From contig CAXXMR010000003.1 of the NCBI GenBank assembly GCA_963663805.2, positions 64,001 to 128,000 on the forward strand: a DNA stretch of 64,000 bases, read 5' to 3'. This stretch comes from Sedimentisphaerales bacterium (GTDB lineage Bacteria > Planctomycetota > Phycisphaerae > Sedimentisphaerales > SM23-30). Both the position numbers and the translations under genes were made by a program. Numbering within the stretch: position 1 is the first letter of the stretch; the number at the start of each line of letters is the position of its first letter. This document shows positions 30,573 through 40,712 of the stretch, in pieces. The notes under the pieces are model-generated. The model did not search any database. It was not told the origin of the DNA and saw only the letters and a list, made by a program, of their open reading frames with translations.

Positions 30573-32099
30573 TTAATTTTGCGGGGTTTTCCAGTTGGCG
30601 GGCAGGAGGGTGTCGATTTGGTTGGCGCCGGTGGTGGAGATTTTTCTGAGGACATAATTGAAATACGCGAATGGGTCGTGATTGTGGAGTTTGCAGCCGG
30701 CGACCAGGCTGTAGATTATGGCGGCGCGTTCGGCTCCGGCTTCGCTGCCGGCGAACATATAATTTTTTCGGCCAATGACTACCATTCTCAGCGTTCGTTC
30801 CGAAAGATTATTATCGATGCTCAGCCGTGGGTCGCTGGTATAGCGGACCAGGGCATCCCACTGGTTCAGGGCGTAGGTGACGGCTTTGCCCATATTATTT
30901 TTAGGCAGAACCTGTCCCTGATACTCATCCAGCTTCGCCCGGATTTCGGCAAAGATCGGCAGGGCTTCTTCCTGGCGGGCTTGCAAAAGTTGCTCCGGCG
31001 AATATTTTTCCGCTTTTGCCCGTCGCTCGATTTCATAAAGCTTACCCCAGAGCACCATAAAATGTGCCGCCCGCACCGGGTCGCTGTCTAAAGCGTATTC
31101 AAACTTCCGCCGCGCATGCGCATTACAAGCCACCTCAACGGCATCGGTAGCCCGAAACAGTTCATCATAGCCGCTATAAGCATCTGCATGCACAAAACCC
31201 TGATAATCTCTGCCGATAAAATTTAGCGGACCTTCGCGCGAACGCGTCGGCGTAAAATCAAACGCCACATTATAATCAGTATCGATATAAACCCACAAAT
31301 AGCCCTTATACGTGGATCCTTTACGGTTTTTGCTCTTGATGGGGATGGAGGTATCATCGGTATAAATGATTTCCGACTGCTGAATCTTCTCCCGCATACG
31401 TTTGACCAGCGGCTCCAGCAGTTCAGCGCAACTGCCCACCCAGTCGCACATGGTTGAGACGTTGATTTCCACGCCGTGCCGCTTAATAATACCTTCCAGA
31501 CGGTTCAACGGCTGGTGGTCCGCATACTTGCTCGTTATGATATACGCCAGCAAACCTTCAGCGGGAATGCCTTTGTCGATCGCCATGGGCGGCAGTTCGC
31601 CAATCGAGATATTATTCTCGCAAACCTTGCAGGCGTATTTGCTTCTGACATAACGCTGAACATAAAAAGATGCGGGCACATAATCCAGCTTTTCGGTTAC
31701 TTCCTCGCCGATACGTTCTTTTTCGTTATGGCATACCGGGCAGGTTTTTTCTTCTTCGGCAGGTTCAATGTCGATAGTTTCGCGGCGCAAATTTTCCGGC
31801 AGCGGCTTGCGGCCTTGATGATTAGCATTCTTACGGCCTTTGACAACCTTGGCGCGTGAGGGCTTCTGCTGTTCAATCTTCTGTTGAACTTCCTCGTAAA
31901 GATTTTCAAACAACAAACGCTGAGCCGGATCGAGCTTTTCGCTTTTCTTGCCGAACAACTGCCGCTTGAGATAATACAACTGGCCGCTGAGATCATCAAT
32001 CTGACCCAACAGCGTCAGAACCATCTCTTTAAGAGTGGCAACATCATCGGGAAGCTGCTCGACAGAGCTTTGAGCGGTTATCTTTTCAGCCATCATCAA
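30573..32099 (-). CDS. tnpC: IS66 DDE transposase
   Basis: LFGKKSEK, zinc finger, KYADHQPLNR, TDDT, ACNAHARRKF, IDNNLSER and GRKNYMF motifs. Confidence 0.95.
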   Translation of the reverse strand: MMMAEKITAQSSVEQLPDDVATLKEMVLTLLGQIDDLSGQLYYLKRQLFGKKSEKLDPAQRLLFENLYEEVQQKIEQQKPSRAKVVKGRKNANHQGRKPLPENLRRETIDIEPAEEEKTCPVCHNEKERIGEEVTEKLDYVPASFYVQRYVRSKYACKVCENNISIGELPPMAIDKGIPAEGLLAYIITSKYADHQPLNRLEGIIKRHGVEINVSTMCDWVGSCAELLEPLVKRMREKIQQSEIIYTDDTSIPIKSKNRKGSTYKGYLWVYIDTDYNVAFDFTPTRSREGPLNFIGRDYQGFVHADAYSGYDELFRATDAVEVACNAHARRKFEYALDSDPVRAAHFMVLWGKLYEIERRAKAEKYSPEQLLQARQEEALPIFAEIRAKLDEYQGQVLPKNNMGKAVTYALNQWDALVRYTSDPRLSIDNNLSERTLRMVVIGRKNYMFAGSEAGAERAAIIYSLVAGCKLHNHDPFAYFNYVLRKISTTGANQIDTLLPANWKTPQN

Positions 32100-32212
32100 T
32101 CCGTAACGTTTAGTAACTTCGTCATCCTTAACGATGAGATTATGATAAGCGAAATGATGAAAAAAGCAAGCATAAAAATGAGAAAATATGTAATATTCTT
32201 AACTCTAAGAGC

Positions 32213-32572
32213 CTATAGCGAGCTTTTACGCTCATAGCGTTTTCGGCGGCGACTGCGAAATAAATCAATGCCTTCCAGTATCCAGCTTAGCTTGGCAATA
32301 TCAACTTCGATTGATGCCTGATTATTTTTGCCGGGGATTTTTTCAAACGTGCCTTCCTCCAGCCGCTTATACCAAACGACGAATCCGGTGCGGTCCCAGA
32401 AAAGAATCTTACATTTGTCGCCGCGTTTATTGAAGAACACAAACAGATGGCCGCTGAACGAATCTTGAAGCATGAAGTTTTCCGCCAGCATCGAAAGCTT
32501 GTTAAAACCGCAACGCATATCCGTCGGCTGAGAGTAAATGAAAATCTTCACCGCCGGGGGCAGAGTTAGCAT
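32213..32572 (-). CDS. tnpB: IS66 accessory protein
   Basis: PTDMRCGF, LFVFFN, KILFWDRTG and KRLEEGTF motifs. Confidence 0.95.
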   Translation of the reverse strand: MLTLPPAVKIFIYSQPTDMRCGFNKLSMLAENFMLQDSFSGHLFVFFNKRGDKCKILFWDRTGFVVWYKRLEEGTFEKIPGKNNQASIEVDIAKLSWILEGIDLFRSRRRKRYERKSSL

Positions 32573-32732
32573 AGCTTTGCCTGTTTTAGCGCGGAATGGT
32601 GATTAGCATTAAAAATGGAGCCAGATTTGCGGGTTTTCTCTTCTGAAAAAGCATCGAAAAAGGAGCCACTGTAAAAGGCCGATAAGATGTGTTTAAGATA
32701 CGTAACATTTTAGACACAGGAGGCTTAGAAAG

Positions 32733-34220
32733 GTGCTTACAGTGGAGCATTATGAGATTATCAGACGTAAAGTTCGTGATGGGATATCGCAACGTGAGGT
32801 TGCCCTGGAGCTGGGGCATTCGCGTAACACGGTGGCCAAGGCCCTGAAAAATCCGATTCCGCCGGGCTATCGGCTCAGTCAGCCGCGGGTCAAGGCTGTC
32901 ATGGATCCCTTCGCGCACATTATTGACACCTGGCTGGAATCTGACAAAAAGGTTCGGCGTAAGCAGCGGATGCAGGCGACCAAAATGTATCAGCGGCTTT
33001 GTGACGAGTATGGTTTCACCGGTCATTACAGCACTGTCCAGCGGTATATCAAGGAAGCGAGTAATCGCCAAAAAGAAGCTTACCTGCCGTTAGCGTTTGA
33101 GTTTGGCGAAGAAGCCCAGGTTGACTGGCATGAAGCTAACATTAAAGAAAACGGCAGGGAGAAGAAGGTCTACGTTTTTTGCATGAAGCTGTGCTGTTCT
33201 AAGGCTCCTTTTGTTTGTGCTTACGAGAGCATGAAGATCGAATGTTTTCTTGACGGCCATGTCCGGGCGTTTGAATATTTCGGCGGCGTGCCCAAACGCA
33301 TTGCTTACGACAATTTAAAAACTGCGGTTCTAAAGGTTCTCAAAAAAGGCAAGCGTCGGCTCAACCGCAAATTCGTAGAGCTTAAGAGTTGGTATTTGTT
33401 TGACACTCGTTTTTGCAATGTCGCTAAAGGTAATGAAAAAGGCGATGTCGAGAATCTCGCCAAGCGAAGTGAAAGGCAGTTCTTCTCTCCGGTTCCGAGA
33501 GTTACCGATATGGCTCAGCTGAATGAGATGCTGATTGCTCAGTGTATCAAAGAACTGGATCGCCAGGGCCCTGCACCTCATACGAATAAAACCATTGGCG
33601 ATTTATTTGCGGAAGAGAAAACACATTTATACGAACTGCCTGAGCAGAAGTTTGAAGCCTGTCGTCGAATATCCACCTTTGCGGACAAACAGCTTACAGT
33701 ACGGGTTGATACTAACCGGTATTCGGTGCCGACGGAGTATGCCTATCAATCTTGCCAGGTCAAGGTATTCGTTGACCGGGTTGACCTGTTCTATAAAAAT
33801 GAGCTGGTTGCCTCGCATTCCAGATGTTACGATAAAGACCAGTATATCCTGGATCCGCTGCATTATATCAAACTTTTAGAGCGTAAGCCCGGTTCGCTGG
33901 ATAATGCTCGGCCATTCAAGGGCCAGCCCTGGGGCGAAGATTTCACCTTGATGCGAACAGAGCTTGAATATCGATACGGCAGTGAAGGGACCGGTAAATA
34001 CATCAACATCCTGCTGCTCTTTATCAGGCATCCGCAAAAAGAAGTTGAACATGCCGTTGGTGTTTGTGTCAAGTGCCGGGCGTTCAGCGATGAAGCGGTG
34101 GAAAGCTTTTTACGTAACGGCTCACAATTGAACCTTGCCGGCAATCAAGTCCTGGTAAACCAAGGCGATGGCAAACGCAATCTCGATGTTTATAACCAGT
34201 TGGCCGGGGAGGTAGCATGA
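32733..34220 (+). CDS. istA: IS21 DDE transposase
   Basis: AQVDW, FGGVP...YDNLK and EKGDVE motifs. Confidence 0.95.
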   Translation: MLTVEHYEIIRRKVRDGISQREVALELGHSRNTVAKALKNPIPPGYRLSQPRVKAVMDPFAHIIDTWLESDKKVRRKQRMQATKMYQRLCDEYGFTGHYSTVQRYIKEASNRQKEAYLPLAFEFGEEAQVDWHEANIKENGREKKVYVFCMKLCCSKAPFVCAYESMKIECFLDGHVRAFEYFGGVPKRIAYDNLKTAVLKVLKKGKRRLNRKFVELKSWYLFDTRFCNVAKGNEKGDVENLAKRSERQFFSPVPRVTDMAQLNEMLIAQCIKELDRQGPAPHTNKTIGDLFAEEKTHLYELPEQKFEACRRISTFADKQLTVRVDTNRYSVPTEYAYQSCQVKVFVDRVDLFYKNELVASHSRCYDKDQYILDPLHYIKLLERKPGSLDNARPFKGQPWGEDFTLMRTELEYRYGSEGTGKYINILLLFIRHPQKEVEHAVGVCVKCRAFSDEAVESFLRNGSQLNLAGNQVLVNQGDGKRNLDVYNQLAGEVA

Positions 34221-34981
34221 AAGATCAAATGGTTTTATTAAAAAGCTATCTCAAGACCCTGAAGCTTCCGACAATTCAAAAAGAGTATCAGACAATTGCC
34301 CGGGCATCCGCCCAGGCAAACGAATCCTATGAAAGTTACCTGCAAAGACTGGCCGAAATCGAAGTCTTTCATCGACAGTCGCAGGCCATCGCCAGGAGAT
34401 TGAAACAGGCAAACTTCCCCATGACTAAGGAACTTGAAAGTTTTGATTTTATGGCCGTGCCGCAGATAAATAAAAAACAGATTATCGACCTTTCGATGTG
34501 CGGCTTTATCGACCGCCGCAGTAATATCGTCTTTACCGGCCCGCCGGGCGTGGGTAAAAGTCATCTGGCCATCGCCCTCGGCCGGGAAGCCTGCCGACGA
34601 GGTTATAAAGTGCGGTTTTTTACCGCTGCTGAACTGGTTAATACGTATCTCGAAGCCCGACAGGAAAGAGCGGTGTTGAAATTAGAGAGCTATATAAAAA
34701 AATGCGACCTGATCATCATCGATGAACTGGGCTATGTCCCGTTCGACCGTATCGGAGCGGAACATCTGTTCGGCTTTTTCAGCCAGTGCTATGAACAAAC
34801 CAGCCTGATCGTAACAACGAATCTGCCATTCGCCGATTGGCCCCAGGTCTTTGGCGATGATGAAAGATTAGCCGGTGCTCTGCTGGACCGACTGACCCAC
34901 CATGTGAGCGTGGTCGAAATCATAACCGACAGCTGGCGACTTAACCAGAGTTTAGAGAAAAAACGGAAAAAAGAAGGCTAA
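34217..34981 (+). CDS. istB: IS21 helper ATPase
   Basis: GPPGVGKSH, IIDELGY, TTNL and LLDRLTHH motifs. Confidence 0.95.
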   Translation: MKDQMVLLKSYLKTLKLPTIQKEYQTIARASAQANESYESYLQRLAEIEVFHRQSQAIARRLKQANFPMTKELESFDFMAVPQINKKQIIDLSMCGFIDRRSNIVFTGPPGVGKSHLAIALGREACRRGYKVRFFTAAELVNTYLEARQERAVLKLESYIKKCDLIIIDELGYVPFDRIGAEHLFGFFSQCYEQTSLIVTTNLPFADWPQVFGDDERLAGALLDRLTHHVSVVEIITDSWRLNQSLEKKRKKEG

Positions 34982-35277
34982 GAAAGCCTCAATCCAACGA
35001 AAAAGGACCAGAATCCCTATTGACAACGCCGAAATCGGCGTTATTTTACTAACCTAAGTGGCTCAGATTTCGATGCAAATCTGGCTCCATTTTCAATACT
35101 AATCACCATCGGCAGGTCGGAAAGGCCAAATTCCAATTCGAGATGATTCAGCAGGCACATAAATTCCCTGCAAAAAAACTACATCGCAGATTTCGGCCTT
35201 TCCGCAACAGGAATCAACTAAAAAAAACGGTGCCCTGCTATATCGGACACCATTTTAGATTATCACTCCAGCTTCGT

Positions 35278-36477
35278 TTAGGCTTTACGACGACGCCAAA
35301 TCGAACCAACCACCAGCATTATCAATACGCTTGGCTCAGGAACGCAATAGGTCGCTACCTTAATATCTTTAATCAACCAATCGCCAGCAACCTGCCACTC
35401 AAACCATTCACTGCTGGGCTGCGGAGTAATCGTCCATTCATAAGTCTGCAGAAAGTCGCCATTACCAAGGTCCATCGCACTGGTTGTGCCACCGGTAAAA
35501 TTCCAGACTCCTTCCGGACTGCCGTGCAATGCCGAATTCAAAGGCGAGGCAATTCCTCCGGCGCCCTCCTGATGAAAAATAAACTGCAAATACACATTTT
35601 TAACATTTTCCTCAATCAGATAATTCTCCACATCCAGCCGGTAAACATAATCATAAGGCTCACCAGTAACTTTTGTCACCTTCATGGTCCCCTCGCCCAG
35701 ATCGAACGTTTCCGAAGTGTCTTCGGTTGGTGTACGCCCATCAAAAGTCCACCGTAAACGAGTTTTCATATTACGCGGAATCTTATCCTCGTCCAGCCAC
35801 CACCACGGCTTGGAATGAGGATATAACTGATGCAGAGCGAAATAATCTGCTGAAGTGAGATCCCTTCGTTCGCCTTCGAACCAGCCCGGTTCACCCGAAC
35901 GGTCATCCATGATTCCCGGCTTCAATTGCGGATGAGCGTCATAAAACGCCTGATACTGATGCTGCAAACCCAGGGCATGACCAATCTCATGCTTGGCCAC
36001 CGTTCTTAAATCCCACTCGTCAGCCGCTGGGTTATTATTTACATTGTAGTTCCACTTCTTCGTGCTGTTGAAATATATCTCATCCGTCGGAAATTTCGTG
36101 CTGTCCGGAAATCCGGGCTTGTCCTTGAAATCATTGGGATAAGTAAAACCTACCGCGTCCATTCCCGGCAATCCAAACAATCGCGCCCCTTCCCAACGCA
36201 TACTGATATTCTTCGCACCGCCCCCTTCCACGATATTATCCGGGTTGCACAACGCCTCATCCCATTCCTCAAAAGCCTCACGAATTGTCGCCTTCTGCTC
36301 CGCTGTCCAGTCGCCACCCGCCGGCGGGACTGAAGTCGTATCATTAAACTCAAATCGAATCGGATTCCCTGCCCAGTGACCATCTGTCCCCCAAGCGCCT
36401 TGCCACGTCGCACCGCCGTTGCCATAAGCAATTACCCCCAACAACAAAATCAGAATTAAACACCATCGAAGTTTCAT
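35278..36477 (-). CDS. Matrixin-like zinc metalloprotease with PEP-CTERM tail
   Basis: Signal peptide, HEIGHALGLQH with Met-turn (GIMD), and VPEPS...WRRRK. Confidence 0.88.
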   Translation of the reverse strand: MKLRWCLILILLLGVIAYGNGGATWQGAWGTDGHWAGNPIRFEFNDTTSVPPAGGDWTAEQKATIREAFEEWDEALCNPDNIVEGGGAKNISMRWEGARLFGLPGMDAVGFTYPNDFKDKPGFPDSTKFPTDEIYFNSTKKWNYNVNNNPAADEWDLRTVAKHEIGHALGLQHQYQAFYDAHPQLKPGIMDDRSGEPGWFEGERRDLTSADYFALHQLYPHSKPWWWLDEDKIPRNMKTRLRWTFDGRTPTEDTSETFDLGEGTMKVTKVTGEPYDYVYRLDVENYLIEENVKNVYLQFIFHQEGAGGIASPLNSALHGSPEGVWNFTGGTTSAMDLGNGDFLQTYEWTITPQPSSEWFEWQVAGDWLIKDIKVATYCVPEPSVLIMLVVGSIWRRRKA

Positions 36478-36516
36478 TACCGTACCTCCTTCCAGGACTA
36501 TTTGTCAAATACTGCA

Positions 36517-36960
36517 CTATTTTATCACAGGTTTCAACCTGCTCATATCAATCACAAACTGCTGACCATCACCTCGCTCATCATTCATCAGAATCACCCG
36601 AACCCACAACTCACTTTCAACTTCAATAGTATCTTCCAGATAAACTTGTTTCCCTGCTGCTGAGACGTCCAAACTATGCCGTCCCCGTGCTAATTTAATT
36701 TCACGCTCGACATAACCATGTCCTGTACCCCGGACAACTGGGTCATTGAAAGCCAACTTCCCGTCAATCTCTATTTTTACCGTAGGATTCTCAATAAAAC
36801 TGCTGTTGGTTACCCAAAAATGAACTGTCATCTCCACCTCTTCTGACTCATTTTCTTCTCTTTTTTGATCAGAACATCCCCCTGCCATTATAAATAAAAG
36901 GGCCATCCCCAAATACCCAAGCATGACACACTTCAGCAGTAGGCTATACCTGCTCCGCAT
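36517..36960 (-). CDS. Hypothetical lipoprotein
   Basis: GGAGG RBS, lipobox-like AGGC, and a beta-rich domain. Confidence 0.65.
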   Translation of the reverse strand: MRSRYSLLLKCVMLGYLGMALLFIMAGGCSDQKREENESEEVEMTVHFWVTNSSFIENPTVKIEIDGKLAFNDPVVRGTGHGYVEREIKLARGRHSLDVSAAGKQVYLEDTIEVESELWVRVILMNDERGDGQQFVIDMSRLKPVIK

Positions 36961-37042
36961 TTTACCTCCTCAAATATAACCGCTTTAATCCAGAAAACAG
37001 ATAACTTACCTCTAGCCCAAAAGACTCCGGGGCTGATATTCG

Positions 37043-37070
37043 AGTATACAACATTATTGTGGATTGTCAA
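37043..37070 (-). promoter_or_regulatory. Sigma70 promoter for the lipoprotein/metalloprotease pair
   Basis: TTGACA-N16-TATACT with extended TG on the minus strand. Confidence 0.5.
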
Positions 37071-37075
37071 ATCAC

Positions 37076-37155
37076 CTAGAGGATATGCAGCGAGTTGTTG
37101 TCGCTCGCCCTAATACGGAATGGCGGCTTATCTTTGCTTTGGCCCGATATGATGG
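37076..37155 (+). pseudogene. Tiny remnant of a tyrosine integrase
   Basis: EDMQRVVVARPNTEWRLIFALARYDG resembles the WRLIxALARYGGLR segment before the catalytic Arg of planctomycete integrases. Confidence 0.45.
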
Positions 37156-37205
37156 TTTCTGGCAAGAAGAAGGTGGGATTGTTATATTGGAAGGCGCCAA
37201 TGCTT

Positions 37206-37610
37206 TTATATTCTTGGCAGCAATCCCCCCCACATCTCCCGCTGCCTCTCCCAACAAACTTCCCGGACAATGGGCCGAATCTTAGTTTCCGGTATCGGCT
37301 CCCGCCCCTGAGTGATAGGTGGCAGGAACAGAATTTCTTCCTGGATGTCGGGTGCCAGGTGCAGCATGTTCATAATCTGTGTCACTCGAGCCCGACTGAC
37401 ATGCCCCAGTTGGGCCAGGTCCGCCTGGCTATAAACTCCGCCCTGTTCGAGCAAACTCTCGAAATGGTAGGCCAGGGCCATCAAGCGTGAAAGTCGCGGC
37501 ACGCGGCCACTGGGCGTATCCACAACGGGGGCTGGGCCGCGTTTTATTCGTTTACGCCCGCGCTGGCCGGTGGGGAAATGAACATCAAACGTCTTGGTTA
37601 TATCTGCCAT
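37206..37610 (-). CDS. Small protein typically encoded after large serine recombinases
   Basis: RLMALA...ADLAQLGHVSRARVTQIMNMLHLAPDIQEEIL; GGAG RBS; abuts the recombinase fragment. Confidence 0.7.
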   Translation of the reverse strand: MADITKTFDVHFPTGQRGRKRIKRGPAPVVDTPSGRVPRLSRLMALAYHFESLLEQGGVYSQADLAQLGHVSRARVTQIMNMLHLAPDIQEEILFLPPITQGREPIPETKIRPIVREVCWERQREMWGGLLPRI

Positions 37611-38246
37611 TTAATTCACTCCTGCCTGGGTGAGGGCTCCGATATTAGCCTGATGAAACGTTATATGAATTTTATCCTGGCCGCTATCCCAGGAAATCTG
37701 TTTTACCAGCAAATTCATGAGTTTGGCCTTTTCCTGCGACCCCAGCGCATTCCACATCGGATCAAAAGCCTCAATCGATCCCACCAATTCATCGGAATTG
37801 AGCATCTGTTTTTCCAGGGCCGCTATTTGGATATTGATCCTCGCTATCTCGGCCTGATGCTGCTTCATCTGCTGTTCATATGATTGCATCTCCTGGGCCG
37901 CCGCCTCATCTTGTCTGGCCCGGCCGGCGGCTTTGCCCGTCCGTTTACTTAATTGCCGGATGCGTCTTTCTTTTTTGCCGCGTTCTTTCTTAAGGGATTC
38001 AATCTCGCCCTGCATTTTTGCCAGGGCACTCTGGACGCAGTCCCGCAATACTCCAGTGTCCTGACCGATACCCCTGATCTGATCAACCACAAACCGTTCC
38101 AGTTCCGGCGCTGGCAATGAAGGCCCGGGGCAGGTACTCCAACCCTGTTTCTGGGCTTTAAGGCAGACATAATAGCGATATCGTTTATTCGGCTTGCTGG
38201 AATAATGATGCGTCATGGCACAGCCGCAATGTTGACAACGTAGCAA
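37611..38246 (-). pseudogene. Large serine recombinase, C-terminal fragment (zinc ribbon + coiled coil)
   Basis: LRCQHCGCAM...YRYYVC...C...LERFVVDQI; the catalytic N-terminal domain is absent. Confidence 0.8.
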
Positions 38247-38249
38247 CCC

Positions 38250-38626
38250 TACTGGCGGAATTCGGCTTGAACCAACAGGCCATAGGGCTTTATGAACGGT
38301 CCGCCAAACTGGATCATAACTATTGTGTGCCGCGCTGGAATCTGGCTTACCTATTTAAATCCCAGGGTAGTATTATTCCGGCCATTCAGGTCTTCAATGA
38401 CCTGGCCCGCATCGAACCGGAAGATTACCGCATCTTCGGGGAACTGGGTTTCTTATTACACCGGCATGGGGACCTAAATCTGGCCATCAAGAACTGGGGC
38501 AAATCTCTGCATCTTAACCCCCAGCAGCCTCAAATAATATCAGCTTTAGCGGAGTTAATCGCGGCAAAATCTGAAAATCCAGAATTGTCTCCTTCGACGG
38601 GCCAAAAACACATGGGAGGTTCGTAA
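38250..38626 (+). pseudogene. TPR-repeat protein, C-terminal fragment
   Basis: TPR-like helices (WNLAYLF, ELGFLL...GDLNLAIKNWGKSLHLNP); no proper start. Confidence 0.6.
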
Positions 38627-38631
38627 AGACC

Positions 38632-39519
38632 ATGACTGACAAGTTGAAATGTTCGGTGGGTGTTTTTGCATATAATGAGGAAAAGCAGATAGAAGCCATG
38701 CTGCAGTCTCTGCTGGATCAATCCTGTGACAAGATTCAAATCAGCGAAATCCTGGTAATGTCCTCGGGAAGTACCGACCGCACGAACGAAATTGTCGCGG
38801 AGTTGATGAAAAGCTGCGCTAAAATAAAGTTACACAATAGCAGTGTCCGGGCCGGTAAGGCGGCAGCTATTAATGAGTTTCTGGGGCTGGCCCAAGAAAA
38901 GATTGTGGTGATCGCCAATGCCGATACCCGCCTGACCCCAACCTGCATTGAACATTTAATATTACCCCTGCAAGATAATTCGACAGGGATGACGGGAGGG
39001 CATGCGGTGCCGATAAATCCCGACCGTAGTTTCACCGAAAAAGCTGCAAAATGGTTGTGGGCACTCCATCATCAGATTGCTTTAATGAGCCCCAAACTGG
39101 GGGAGTTGATAGCCCTGCGGCGTGATATTGTCGATCAGATAGACCATTCTACCGCGGTTGACGAGGCTTCGATTGAATATCTGATGCTAAAAAAACACAA
39201 ACATATCGTTTATGTTCCTGAGGCAATTCTCTATAACTGCGTGCCGCGTAAATTCAGTGACTTTATCTGCCAGCGCCGCCGCATCAATGTCGGCCATCTC
39301 AAGCTCAAAAAACAACATCGATACCGGGTCTCCACCCTGTCAACCCACCGGGTTCTTAAGGCTGTCTGGCAATCCGGGCTGGTTTTTCATCCCCTGCAGT
39401 TTCTATATCTGGCATTCTGTGAGTCCCTGGCCCGCACCCTGGCTCGTTTTGACATAGTCCGCGGCCGCAACCATCATATCTGGAAAATGGTTGGTAGCAC
39501 AAAATCTTTCAAAAGTTAA
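38632..39519 (+). CDS. Glycosyltransferase family 2
   Basis: AYNEE, SSGSTDRT, GKAAAIN, NAD, VDE and QRRRI motifs. Confidence 0.9.
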   Translation: MTDKLKCSVGVFAYNEEKQIEAMLQSLLDQSCDKIQISEILVMSSGSTDRTNEIVAELMKSCAKIKLHNSSVRAGKAAAINEFLGLAQEKIVVIANADTRLTPTCIEHLILPLQDNSTGMTGGHAVPINPDRSFTEKAAKWLWALHHQIALMSPKLGELIALRRDIVDQIDHSTAVDEASIEYLMLKKHKHIVYVPEAILYNCVPRKFSDFICQRRRINVGHLKLKKQHRYRVSTLSTHRVLKAVWQSGLVFHPLQFLYLAFCESLARTLARFDIVRGRNHHIWKMVGSTKSFKS

Positions 39520-39522
39520 GAA

Positions 39523-40038
39523 ATGACAAAGCAGATGATTATTACCAACCTCCCTTCGAAAACCTCAAACAAACCAGTAAAAATCTGTCTCTCAGATAAT
39601 CGGCCCCGGCTGATTAATCAATTTATCCGCTTTGGCCTGGTGGGACTCTCGGGCATGGCAGTCGGTTTGGGCGTATTAAATCTGAGTATGGTAATATATG
39701 AAAATTTTATCCTCGCCAATCTGGTCGCATTTCTGGCCGCGGTTACCTGGAACTTCTTTCTGAACCGCCGCTTCACCTTCCAGAGCCGGGAAATCACCAT
39801 ATTTCGCCAGTGGTGTCGCTTCGTACTGGCTTGCCTGACCGGCGCTGCGGCCAACTGGGCTGTCTCCATGACTCTTTATTACTCTGTGGGATATTTCCGT
39901 AGCCACTTCAACCAAGCCGCCCTGATTGGTGTAGCTACAGGCTTTATTGCGAATTTTTTTCTTTCCAAACGATTTGTCTTCCAGGCCTGTGCCAAACCTG
40001 TCGTTGAAACTACCCCCAACTGCCCCGAAAGGAATTGA
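39523..40038 (+). CDS. GtrA-family membrane protein
   Basis: QFIRFGLVG, WNFFLNRRFTF and NFFLSKRFVF motifs. Confidence 0.88.
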   Translation: MTKQMIITNLPSKTSNKPVKICLSDNRPRLINQFIRFGLVGLSGMAVGLGVLNLSMVIYENFILANLVAFLAAVTWNFFLNRRFTFQSREITIFRQWCRFVLACLTGAAANWAVSMTLYYSVGYFRSHFNQAALIGVATGFIANFFLSKRFVFQACAKPVVETTPNCPERN

Positions 40039-40039
40039 T

Positions 40040-40672
40040 ATGCTCAGGATATTATATCTTATTTCACTCGCATGCGTCGTATTAACCAGCGGGTGTTCTG
40101 AGAGGGAACTTCGGTATGCACCAAATTTGCCTGCAATCCCCTCCAATGAAACTTGTGAAGTAACTATTATACAAGAAAGTGAAAATCCTTCATCACAACT
40201 TGAATTGCCTTTACCACCCGAGTTGGTTTTCGTGGAGCAATCGCACGATTTTGGCAAAGTTAAGGCTGGCGAAAAAGTAAGCCACAAATTTGAATTTGTA
40301 AATGCCGGTAATGCTCCTTTGGAAATTGGCAGAATAAAAACCTCCTGTGGCTGTACCGTTGCGAAACTTGTTCAGAAAACCCTTGCTTCGGGCGAAAGCT
40401 CGGAATTGGAAGTTGTTTTTTCTGTGGGCAACAACCCCGGACAGCGTACTCGTACCATAAGTGTTGCCAGCAATGACCCTGCCCAGCCAACTGTTAATCT
40501 AACTGTAACCGCCGATGTAATAGCAAAGCCTCGTTCGAAAGAAGCTAATCTTGCTGCCACCAGATCAATAAAAGTTAAATCTCACTCTCCCAGAACAAGT
40601 CAACACTCAACGGGCAGCCACAGCCAAGCTCAGCCCCAACGCCTTATTATCCGTCGCCCTCGAAGCCAGTAG
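40040..40672 (+). CDS. DUF1573-domain lipoprotein
   Basis: Lipobox SGC; HDFGKV...FVNAGNAPLEI...TSCGCT...SNDP. Confidence 0.85.
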   Translation: MLRILYLISLACVVLTSGCSERELRYAPNLPAIPSNETCEVTIIQESENPSSQLELPLPPELVFVEQSHDFGKVKAGEKVSHKFEFVNAGNAPLEIGRIKTSCGCTVAKLVQKTLASGESSELEVVFSVGNNPGQRTRTISVASNDPAQPTVNLTVTADVIAKPRSKEANLAATRSIKVKSHSPRTSQHSTGSHSQAQPQRLIIRRPRSQ

Positions 40673-40712
40673 TATATCCTTTCCTGTATCATCTGAATTT
40701 CGGAAAAGCTTA

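Larger units (their letters stand above)
30515..32596 (-). mobile_element. IS66-family element, truncated in tnpA
   Basis: GTAAGTTTCCGGCCAA terminus at 30515; tnpC and tnpB are present, and only a few tnpA codons remain before the next IS21. Confidence 0.88.
32597..35108 (+). mobile_element. Second IS21-family element (2512 bp), no target duplication
   Basis: IRs TGGTGATTAGCATTAAAAATGGAGCCA / TGGCTCCATTTTCAATACTAATCACCA with internal repeats; the flanks GCGGAA and TCGGCA differ. Confidence 0.9.
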
